Origin: Patescibacteria group bacterium
GTDB lineage: Bacteria > Patescibacteriota > Minisyncoccia > Phycocordibacterales > PALSA-1337
Direction: 5' to 3'
Length of the DNA: 64,000 bases
Assembly (NCBI GenBank): GCA_038065415.1
Contig: JBBTRA010000007.1
Coordinates: 34,615-98,614 of the forward strand
The notes beneath the pieces are model-generated. The model had not been told where the DNA came from. It did no database searches and saw only the letters and a list, made by a program, of their open reading frames with translations. The translations under genes and the position numbers were made by a program. Shown here piece by piece: positions 56,154 through 64,000 of this stretch. Numbering within the stretch: the stretch's first letter is position 1; every line of letters begins with the position of its first letter.

Positions 56154-57740
56154 TTAGCGCTGTCGTCCACTTGTTGGGGTATTACCAGGGAATCCTGCGC
56201 AATTGTTCTGATACTGCAGAGCTTCCGCATTGAATGCCGTCGCTTTTGTTTGGGCATCTCTGAGCTGGCTCTGTGCGAAACTGATACCAGCTACTGCGCT
56301 CGCCTTGGCATTGATGGCGATTTGCACGCTGGCCTGGTAGCCAGGAAGTTGTGACTGGATGTCTCCCGATGAGGCTATTTGGGCCCTCGTGTTCTGTATG
56401 ACTGCGATCTGGTTGGATGTACTTGCCTGCTTCAAGGTAAGGTCAGCAAGGAGTGGATCTACTTTGCTGGTAAGTGCAGTGTCTATGGCCGGGATCCACG
56501 AATTTTGGGCATACGTGCGTGCGGATGATGAATATTGTGTGTCGCTTACTTTGCTCAGAATGCACGATTTTGCAGTGAGATATCGGTTCTTGCTGTCGGT
56601 GACTGCGGCTATTGCCTGATCGTAGTATGACTTGTAGTCATTGAGCGCTGCAATCGCTGGGTCGAACACGCTCGAGAGCTGGGAGTTGGTACTCTGGGTG
56701 TCGGCCGCTTTCTGTGCATTGAGATCTGTGATGAGCTGGCTCGTATATGCAGTCCTGCCGCCGGAGCTTCCCCTGCTGAGTCCACTCAATCCCCCGCCGA
56801 TAACCTGGTTGATCATTTGTGAAATGAGCGCATTGACGACAGAGTTGATATCGTCTGCGAGCTCGAGTTCGGTGGCTGGAACGTCCAACTGTTTCTGGAG
56901 CATATTGGAAATGACGGATCCAGGAGTGTCGGTGGTACAGGTTTGGTATGTCACAGTTCCGTCATTATTCTGTTTCCTGTTCATGTCGCGGGAATTGCCG
57001 ACAATACTCTCGGCCTGCTCGACCTCGAACTCATTTTCTGGGTCGATGGTACCGCCAGGTATGTCAGTACAATTACGTCGAGACAAGAACCCTTTGCCAC
57101 GATCAAGATCACGATTGACCTGATTCTCGCGGGTGTCTATGCGTCCGAGAAGTTCGCTATGTGCTTGAAGGTATGACCCGTATACATTGTTCTGGGGCAC
57201 GGTCGTCATAGATACGAATGCCGGCCAACCTCCTTGGCGGAAATCCCCTCCCGTGAAACCTTCGATGGTGCCGTTCGCATTGCCTATTATCTTCCCCAGC
57301 GTACAGGTATACCTACTGGTAGCCGACTGTGTCTGATTGAGAGCGAGTCCGAGGCGGATATCGATACTGAATGGAGAACAGAGTCTTGATAGTGCACCCT
57401 CGCGTGAGAGGAAGTCACCGGTCACCTGGTCGGCAGCATCGAGGAAGAATCCCTCTGGATTGGTGATGAAGGTCGGACTACCCTGGAATCCGGTGTTGAT
57501 CCAATTGACCACGCTCACGGTCATCTGATGGAGGATCTGCTTGGCGATCAGTGTTGCAGCCTTGTCGAGCACGAAATCCTTCATGTGCGCCATGATGTTG
57601 TTGAAGTCGAAATCAGTGCCGATCGGGACATTGGTTGCCGCACCCTGTGCCTGAGCGATTTTCACAGGTGATGCGATGATCGAGCTCACCACGAATGTGA
57701 TCGCTGTAAAAGTGAGAATTATTTTGAAGGTAGTTTTCAT
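56154..57740 (-). CDS. large secreted protein (signal peptide), unknown function
   Basis: Start taken at MKTTFKIILTFTAITFVVSSIIASPVKIAQAQ; about 528 aa. Confidence 0.45.
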   Translation of the reverse strand: MKTTFKIILTFTAITFVVSSIIASPVKIAQAQGAATNVPIGTDFDFNNIMAHMKDFVLDKAATLIAKQILHQMTVSVVNWINTGFQGSPTFITNPEGFFLDAADQVTGDFLSREGALSRLCSPFSIDIRLGLALNQTQSATSRYTCTLGKIIGNANGTIEGFTGGDFRQGGWPAFVSMTTVPQNNVYGSYLQAHSELLGRIDTRENQVNRDLDRGKGFLSRRNCTDIPGGTIDPENEFEVEQAESIVGNSRDMNRKQNNDGTVTYQTCTTDTPGSVISNMLQKQLDVPATELELADDINSVVNALISQMINQVIGGGLSGLSRGSSGGRTAYTSQLITDLNAQKAADTQSTNSQLSSVFDPAIAALNDYKSYYDQAIAAVTDSKNRYLTAKSCILSKVSDTQYSSSARTYAQNSWIPAIDTALTSKVDPLLADLTLKQASTSNQIAVIQNTRAQIASSGDIQSQLPGYQASVQIAINAKASAVAGISFAQSQLRDAQTKATAFNAEALQYQNNCAGFPGNTPTSGRQR

Positions 57741-57741
57741 A

Positions 57742-58629
57742 TTATTGTGAAATAGTTGAGATATTGGAAAATGCTGCACCCGGTTCTCCTGCCGAGAACA
57801 AGACTCCGTACGATCTGAAATATACATTCAACCCCTGGAGCGCGGTGTTGATTGTATTCTTCGCAGGTGCGTAGGTGCCGAGCGCGACAAGTGCTTGCAT
57901 AGGATCCTTCTCGGTTGCTCGGAGTCCCTGCGCGATATAGAGGCTCATGCTGAGACCATTCAAGAGATCGAGATGGTATTGTTCGAGCGGCTTGGGAACT
58001 GACAGGGCGAGCATTGCAGAGATCATTCTCTGGTGCCCAGTGATGACTGGGTCAATCGAAGCAAGGATTGAGAAATCTTGTTTTTCCAAGGCTTCTGTTG
58101 CAATCATGGCCGCGTCGGTCGTCGGCATATGTGCGGCAAATGTTGAAACGAGCGTGTTTCCGTATCCATGCAATGCAGCTGTCCCCGCATCAGCAGAGAC
58201 GCGCACATCAGCGAGGGTGTACAAACGAGGGGCGAGAGCTGATTCGAGAGAAGTATCAATCGTGTAGTCGACAGCATTTTGCACGGCGGTTTCATTGCCG
58301 ATCAAGTTTCCCTGCTGTAATTGCACATAGCTTGTGAAAAAATTCCTGCCGATCTGATCAGTTAATGTGAGAGGTTCAGTATTCTGTTTCGCGGTACCTG
58401 TCGATGCTTTTGGTGCAGGTGCAGTGCTTGTTCCGATACTGAAAAATTGGCTTCTCCATGAATCTGATGTGCTTCGTGGAGCTTCATTTTCAGAGATGAC
58501 ATCTACAGTTGCGACAGGGGCATAGTCGCGAGATTTTCCTTGTCGGACATAGAGTGCGGTCGCAAGTACGGCAACTGCGCATACCACGAAAATGAGAGGC
58601 GTCTGAAGGCGCAAGGAAGAAAATGCCAT
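57742..58629 (-). CDS. membrane-anchored protein, unknown function
   Basis: 295 aa with an N-terminal TM (LIFVVCAVAVLATALYV). Confidence 0.4.
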   Translation of the reverse strand: MAFSSLRLQTPLIFVVCAVAVLATALYVRQGKSRDYAPVATVDVISENEAPRSTSDSWRSQFFSIGTSTAPAPKASTGTAKQNTEPLTLTDQIGRNFFTSYVQLQQGNLIGNETAVQNAVDYTIDTSLESALAPRLYTLADVRVSADAGTAALHGYGNTLVSTFAAHMPTTDAAMIATEALEKQDFSILASIDPVITGHQRMISAMLALSVPKPLEQYHLDLLNGLSMSLYIAQGLRATEKDPMQALVALGTYAPAKNTINTALQGLNVYFRSYGVLFSAGEPGAAFSNISTISQ

Positions 58630-58704
58630 ATACCCGCAATTATATCAGAGAATGGCTTTATTTCTGCGAATTCTGTGGACAGTCGATATGGTTTTATCTC
58701 TTGG

Positions 58705-59709
58705 TTATTGAGCTGATGTGCCGATTTGATAGATGGTGCCACTCGGACTCCCTTCGGGGGTGCAATCTTCACCGTGATATACGAGGCAACTGCCTCCTGG
58801 ACTATAGTTTCCGAGTACATTCTGGCCTGTCCCGTAAACGTTGTAGTTTGAGAATATTCTGCTTGCTCCTGGCTGGTATATGACGGAGACTGTTTGTCCG
58901 CGGACATCATTGATATCGAGCATAATAGATGAGGCGCAAGTGCAGTAAGTGACCCGGTTGACCCTGCCACCAAAGTTTTGCAGACCGCCGCCACCTCCCC
59001 CTCCGAATCCACCACCCCCGAAACTTCCTCCCCCTCCACCACCTCCAGCCCCGGGAAGGAAGTTGCCTAGAGTTGCACCAGTGGTCCCGTTTGGACTGAG
59101 TCCATAGAGCACATCGTATACCTGCTGGCCGAAATCACCGAGCAGCTGGGTCCAACCAAGACCGGTTAGGTAGCCCCAAACTTCCTTGTCGAGTTCTTTG
59201 AATCCTCCACCATCATCAGCGGGCTGGTAGGTTATAGTATCGCTCGATGTAGCCACATAATAGCTTTGCGGAGTGTATGAATTGTAGGTTATCGGAGCAT
59301 ACGTTGTAGGCGCAGGTTCAGAATATACGATGGGAGCATTGGAAGCCTGCGTGACTGAAGGAACATTGAATGAATCTCTGTATTCAGGGTCAGATCGTAT
59401 ATAAGTAACCGGAGGTGCTTGGTCTCGAGATGCGGGCGGTACGTATGTAGTTGACTCAGGTTCATCATCTGGTTCCGCCACAGGTTCTGGAGGAGTGTAT
59501 CTATAAGGAGTCTCTGTACCCCGAGCATCTATCGCCCGGTCGGTTGTCGGACGATCGAATGGAGAGAAGCCGGGTGGTGTTTCTGTAGAGTCCGGAGCTG
59601 TTTCTGATGGGTTCCACCATGCAATGAAGAGCCCGATAGCGAGCAAAAATAGGAGAAACGCTATGATGAGAGCAATCAGTTTTTTATGACCGCCATTTTC
59701 TTGGTTCAT
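58705..59709 (-). CDS. membrane-anchored Pro/Thr- and Gly-rich protein (first gene of the T4SS-like operon)
   Basis: N-terminal TM then TPPGFSPFDRPTTD, a paralogous motif shared with 46418..47713. Contains a GGGGGGGSFGGGGFGGGGGGG tract. Confidence 0.45.
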   Translation of the reverse strand: MNQENGGHKKLIALIIAFLLFLLAIGLFIAWWNPSETAPDSTETPPGFSPFDRPTTDRAIDARGTETPYRYTPPEPVAEPDDEPESTTYVPPASRDQAPPVTYIRSDPEYRDSFNVPSVTQASNAPIVYSEPAPTTYAPITYNSYTPQSYYVATSSDTITYQPADDGGGFKELDKEVWGYLTGLGWTQLLGDFGQQVYDVLYGLSPNGTTGATLGNFLPGAGGGGGGGSFGGGGFGGGGGGGLQNFGGRVNRVTYCTCASSIMLDINDVRGQTVSVIYQPGASRIFSNYNVYGTGQNVLGNYSPGGSCLVYHGEDCTPEGSPSGTIYQIGTSAQ

Positions 59710-59723
59710 GCACCACTATTCTA

Positions 59724-60527
59724 TCATGAAGCTATGGTGAACCAGTCCGGTATGGTGATATCTTCGGCTCGGATCTTGGGGTCAAGACCCGCTTTTGTCC
59801 ACACGGCCACGGCAGATTCCTTTTCTAGTGCCGCTTCTACGTTTCTGAGTGCAAATTTTCTTTTGTGTGCAAAACCCGCCTTAACAACTTTGAAGAATCT
59901 CGATATGTCGGTATTTTTTTCTCGAAAGAGTCGGTCGGATATGTCGGTGATCGAGAGAATTGCTGAGTCTACAGTCGGTGGCGGAGTGAAGGCTCCTGGC
60001 GGAACTTTCGCAACAAGCTTTGGTGTGCCAAATGCTTTTACTGATATAGAAAGGATGCTCTCTTTGCCATCTCGTGTGACGATGCGTTCAGCGACTTCCT
60101 TTTGTACAAGAAGCACCATTCTGTCCGGGCGCGGGCCATGTTCGAGGAATTTCTCGAGGATAGCTCCTGTTATGTAGTACGGGATGTTGGCGACCAGAGA
60201 GTAAGAAGCTGGGACTAGGGAGTAAGGAGACGCTGCTAGAGTTTCAGCCGTCATTTCTAGGATGTCCCCCTCAATGAGCTTCAGATTTCCTGCCAGGATG
60301 TCATCTTTGAAACTGTCTTTGAGCAGCTCTATGGCTCGAGCATCCTTCTCGACAGCTGTGACTTGTGCGCCCATGGCCAGGAGAGCACGTGTCAAAATAC
60401 CAGTCCCTGGACCTATTTCCAGCACAGCCTCCCCTTTTTGTAGGGTTGCTGCTGAAATAATCTGATCCAGTACATGTGTGGAGTTCAGAAAATGTTGGCC
60501 CAGGGATTTTTTTGCGAACAGTCTCAT
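59724..60527 (-). CDS. rsmA: 16S rRNA (adenine1518/1519-N6)-dimethyltransferase RsmA/KsgA
   Basis: LGQHFL motif and SAM-binding LEIGPGTGILT. Confidence 0.9.
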   Translation of the reverse strand: MRLFAKKSLGQHFLNSTHVLDQIISAATLQKGEAVLEIGPGTGILTRALLAMGAQVTAVEKDARAIELLKDSFKDDILAGNLKLIEGDILEMTAETLAASPYSLVPASYSLVANIPYYITGAILEKFLEHGPRPDRMVLLVQKEVAERIVTRDGKESILSISVKAFGTPKLVAKVPPGAFTPPPTVDSAILSITDISDRLFREKNTDISRFFKVVKAGFAHKRKFALRNVEAALEKESAVAVWTKAGLDPKIRAEDITIPDWFTIAS

Positions 60528-60532
60528 GGTTG

Positions 60533-62563
60533 TTAGAAGTCTATGAATAACGCCTTTGCTCCACTCGATTTCTCCGGAGGGGCTTGGTCTTCAATCAGTG
60601 TTGTCTCAATGTCGTTGATGAATTCAGAAGGCGTATTGACTCGCTGGGCGCCATAGACCGTACGGATGATTGTGTGGCTCAAATGTACCTTTTTGCGGGC
60701 GCGTGTCAACGCGACATAGAAGAGGCGACGTTCTTCCTCGCTCTCTGACTCGCTCATGCCCGCATCATCCATGTGTTTGAATGGAAAAAGGTCTTGCTCG
60801 AGTCCTGCAATGAAGACATGGTCGAATTCAAGGCCCTTTGAAGCGTGTACCGTCATGAGGCGTACTGCGTCATGATCTTTTTCCAGTTCGTCCTGATCGC
60901 TCGCGAGTGCTGCGTTGGTCAGAAATGCTTCCATTCCTGCAGGGATTGATTCTGAAGGTGCATTCTCAGGTTTCGAAAACAAAGATTCTTCACCCACGGT
61001 AGCTTTTTGATTTGTCATACCTGCGGGCACGCTTTCAGTAACATACTCATCATACTGTGCAGCCACAGTTACCAATTCCTGCACATTGAGCAAGCGCTCC
61101 TCATCCTCCGCGTCCCCATCACGGAACATGCGCTCGAGCCCTGTCTCTTGTAGTACGAATCGTACGGCTTCAGAAGGTTTCTTTTCCAGGATTTCGCGAC
61201 GGATGTCCTCAAGCAGTTTCCAGAATGAGCTGAGCTTCGCTTGCATGGCCGATGGTAGGAGATCAGGTCTTCCTGACATGATCTTTGCGATAGACACTTT
61301 TCCTATTCCCCGCGTGGGTACGTTGATGATACGGCCGATATCAGCCCAGGATTCCCTGTTGAGCGATGCACGGATGTATGAGAGTACATCTTTGACTTCC
61401 TTTCTCTCGAAGAATCGTACCCCGAGCAGTTGGTACGGGATATTTTTCTTGATGAAAGCCTCTTCGATTGCTCGAGACTGGAAATTTGCACGGTACAGCA
61501 CCGCAATATCCCGAGCAGAAGTTCCCTTTTCGATGAGTGCACGGGATGTGTCAGCGATGTTTCGGGCTTCATCGACTTCGGTATACGATGCGTTGAGAGA
61601 GATCTTCTCTCCTGCATCGTTGTCGGTGTACAGGGTCTTCTTTTTACGGAGTCTATTTTTCTCGATGACATTGTTTGCTGCAGAAAGAATAGTTTTTGTG
61701 GAACGGTAGTTCTTCTCAAGGGCGATCACCGTGGTTTCAGGGTAATCCTTTTCGAAATTCAAAATATTCTCGATAGTTGCACCTCTCCAGCTGTAGATGT
61801 TCTGGTCAGCATCACCGACCACACAGATGTTTTTGTGTCCCTCGGCAAGATATTTAGCGATCTTGTATTGCACCTTGTTGGTGTCTTGGTACTCATCTAT
61901 ATGTATGTACTTCCAGATGGTCTGGTATTTCCTGCGGACCTGCTCATTTTTTGCGAGGAGCTGCATCGTTTTGAGGAGGAGGTCGTCGAAATCAAGAGAT
62001 TTGTCCTTGGTGAGCAGTGCATCGTACCTTTCCCAGACCTGAGCCACCATCTCTTGGATGTGGTCTTTTGCAGCATCCGTATACTCGAGGCGGCTCATGC
62101 CATCGCCCTTGGCGCGGGAGATCATATTCAATATAGTGCCTGGGTCAAACCTCTTTGGATCAATCGAACATTGTTCCATAGCGTCTTTGACTGCTCTTTT
62201 TGAGTCACCTCGGTCGCAGATGGTGAAGTGGCGGGTCAGGCCGAGGAGTACGGCGTTTTCTCTGATGATGTGTACGCCGAGTGCGTGAAATGTGCTTAGA
62301 AATGGTCGTTCATGAAAAGAAATAGGCACATTGAGATCCTTGTCCTGCTCGATGAGCTCGTGTACGCGCTCCCGCATCTCTTTTGCAGCTTTGTTAGTGA
62401 ATGTTATTGCGAGGATGTTGTGCGGAGCTACCCCTTTCTTGATGAGGTTGAGTATCCTTTGGGTGATGACGCGAGTTTTGCCCGCTCCTGCTCCGGCAAT
62501 GATGAGAAGTGGACCCTCTACGGTGTCGACGGCGCGTTGTTGGGCTTCGTTGAGGGTGGACAT
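60533..62563 (-). CDS. UvrD/PcrA-family ATP-dependent DNA helicase
   Basis: Walker A AGAGAGKT, DEYQDTN motif, and VALTRAR near the C-terminus. Confidence 0.9.
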   Translation of the reverse strand: MSTLNEAQQRAVDTVEGPLLIIAGAGAGKTRVITQRILNLIKKGVAPHNILAITFTNKAAKEMRERVHELIEQDKDLNVPISFHERPFLSTFHALGVHIIRENAVLLGLTRHFTICDRGDSKRAVKDAMEQCSIDPKRFDPGTILNMISRAKGDGMSRLEYTDAAKDHIQEMVAQVWERYDALLTKDKSLDFDDLLLKTMQLLAKNEQVRRKYQTIWKYIHIDEYQDTNKVQYKIAKYLAEGHKNICVVGDADQNIYSWRGATIENILNFEKDYPETTVIALEKNYRSTKTILSAANNVIEKNRLRKKKTLYTDNDAGEKISLNASYTEVDEARNIADTSRALIEKGTSARDIAVLYRANFQSRAIEEAFIKKNIPYQLLGVRFFERKEVKDVLSYIRASLNRESWADIGRIINVPTRGIGKVSIAKIMSGRPDLLPSAMQAKLSSFWKLLEDIRREILEKKPSEAVRFVLQETGLERMFRDGDAEDEERLLNVQELVTVAAQYDEYVTESVPAGMTNQKATVGEESLFSKPENAPSESIPAGMEAFLTNAALASDQDELEKDHDAVRLMTVHASKGLEFDHVFIAGLEQDLFPFKHMDDAGMSESESEEERRLFYVALTRARKKVHLSHTIIRTVYGAQRVNTPSEFINDIETTLIEDQAPPEKSSGAKALFIDF

Positions 62564-62780
62564 GCGGGTAGTGTAACAGATAGTGTTGCTTTTTTATATT
62601 TTTGCGCACAATCAATGATTCATAATCCCCCAAATATTGACACTTTGTCTAGTAAAATGACTGTGTATAGCTTTCATTGACAATCTTTTCCTAGCTGATA
62701 CCCTGTACTGGTACCCTCACATATGAAGGTCAAATAATGGCTTAACAAGGCCTTTTATTTATAACTAGCACCGCCCCGGA

Positions 62781-63893
62781 ATGAATGGCGCCATCGCCGA
62801 GATGGCTTGCAGAAATGAAAAATACGTTATGGAATATACTACTAAAAATAGACCACATAATATCTCATTTTCAAAGCGCACTGCTATCTGGTGCGCTCTT
62901 GTGGGCGTATCGGTGCTAGCTATATTTACCTATTCGGAGACCGCACACGCAGGTCTCCTTTCGTATATGAACTCGATTTTTGGTGGCGAACAGGCATCAG
63001 CAAAAATTGATGCTTTTTCGGGGGGTAGTTCTCAAACAGTTGCCCTTCTCCAGCCCGCAATCGCCTTTGATCCGAGTCTAGAAAAGCCTACAGGAGTCGT
63101 ACCAGTGGTCGGAGATACTCTTGTTGCTGAAGTGGCACTTGCTGACGTATATGTGGCAGATGTATCAGGAACTCAGATCAGCTCATATATCGTACGTGAT
63201 GGCGATACTCTGTCGGGTATAGCCAAGATGTTCGGCGTGTCGGTCAATACCATCTTGTGGGCCAATGATATCAGCAGGTCATCAGCCTTGCGCACAGGTC
63301 AGACTCTCATCATCCTCCCTGTTACGGGCATCAACTACACAATAAAGAAGGGAGATACGATCAAAGGCATAGCACTCAAATACAAAGTTGATATCGATGA
63401 AATGCTTCAGTACAACGATCTTACCCTCGATTCAACTATTTCTATAGGTCAGACCATCATCATTCCTGATGCCGAGCTCCAAATCGCGGTACCAACCAAG
63501 ACTGTAGCAAAAGCAAATCCTGCACATGATACCAATGGTCCTGATTATTCCGGCTACTACACACGTCCAGTTTCTGGAGGCGTGAAAACTCAAGGCCTCC
63601 ATGGATATAATGGCGTGGATATTGCAGGTCCAGTCGGCACTCCTCTCTATGCAGCTGCGGCGGGCACGGTCATCGTCAGTGCAACAGGAGGTTGGAATGG
63701 AGGATACGGTAATCTGGTTATTATATCTCATGCCAATGGCACCCAGACTGTCTATGCGCACAATTCGAAGAACCTCGTCACTATCGGCCAGAAGGTTGAA
63801 CAGGGACAGAAAATAGCGCTCATGGGTGCTACGGGCAAATCTACAGGATCACATGTACACTTCGAAATTCGTGGTGCCAAGAATCCGTTCTAA
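62781..63893 (+). CDS. LysM-domain M23-family peptidoglycan endopeptidase
   Basis: Two LysM repeats (YIVRDGDTLSGIAKMF; YTIKKGDTIKGIALKY) and an M23 catalytic region (HGYNGVDIA...SHVHFEI). The likely start is the internal MEYTT, giving a TM anchor. Confidence 0.85.
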   Translation: MNGAIAEMACRNEKYVMEYTTKNRPHNISFSKRTAIWCALVGVSVLAIFTYSETAHAGLLSYMNSIFGGEQASAKIDAFSGGSSQTVALLQPAIAFDPSLEKPTGVVPVVGDTLVAEVALADVYVADVSGTQISSYIVRDGDTLSGIAKMFGVSVNTILWANDISRSSALRTGQTLIILPVTGINYTIKKGDTIKGIALKYKVDIDEMLQYNDLTLDSTISIGQTIIIPDAELQIAVPTKTVAKANPAHDTNGPDYSGYYTRPVSGGVKTQGLHGYNGVDIAGPVGTPLYAAAAGTVIVSATGGWNGGYGNLVIISHANGTQTVYAHNSKNLVTIGQKVEQGQKIALMGATGKSTGSHVHFEIRGAKNPF

Positions 63894-64000
63894 ATTTTTT
63901 CTCGGTATTGTAGTGCTTCGAGCACACAGTCTTTCGTAATATATTCTTTGCCCGCTAGATCCGCGATCGAGCGGGCTACTTTCATGGTCCTGTGGAATGC

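Overview
This is a gene-dense bacterial chromosomal window with about 90% coding and a standard genetic code. Most genes are housekeeping and can be recognised from their motifs. There are nine tRNAs and no rRNA or CRISPR array.

Recognised housekeeping content, in order:
- A thymidylate/folate set: thyA, dcd, folA, with folD nearby.
- The secE-nusG-rplK block. SecE is a 58-aa gene that falls below the ORF-track length cutoff.
- A DsbA-VKOR disulfide-forming pair and rlmH.
- rplS, an RluA-family pseudouridine synthase and tRNA genes.
- Type IV pilus genes scattered through the window: a pilin with a lectin-like domain, pilM/N/O, and the pilB ATPase.
- eno, rpsT, ruvA, a MurE-like ligase, an amidase, mutM, holA, polA and tsaE.
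- ruvB-yebC-ruvC and PBP1A.
- The replication-origin neighbourhood: dnaN-dnaA, then rpmH-rnpA-yidC, with DnaA-box-like sequences around dnaA.
- rsmA, a UvrD/PcrA helicase and a LysM-M23 peptidase.

The most notable feature is a 13-kb, 12-13-gene minus-strand operon at 46418-59709. It carries a type IV secretion core: a VirB4 ATPase apparently split into an N-domain ORF and an ATPase ORF, a VirB6-like protein and a VirB3-like protein. Around these sit several signal-peptide, membrane-anchored, Gly-rich or coiled-coil proteins of unknown function. No relaxase or coupling protein is visible in the window. The operon is punctuated by two unusually long perfect inverted repeats of identical architecture: 36-bp arms at 46298-46405 and 42-bp arms at 50446-50565, each around a 36-nt spacer.

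Other regions worth a second look:
- A 700-bp ORF-free, hairpin-rich region at 32040-32735, beside a GC-rich Cys/Pro-rich lipoprotein gene that looks foreign.
- A GC-rich classic-AAA ATPase next to tRNA-His.
- A second ORF-poor region at 35584-35990.
- A tRNA-Arg with a GCG anticodon.
- An acidic D/E-rich secreted protein with a peptidoglycan-binding domain.

The gene complement (pili plus T4SS, DsbA-VKOR, minimal metabolism) would fit a small-genome, possibly epibiotic lineage. That is inference only. All calls rest on motif recognition; no database searches were possible.
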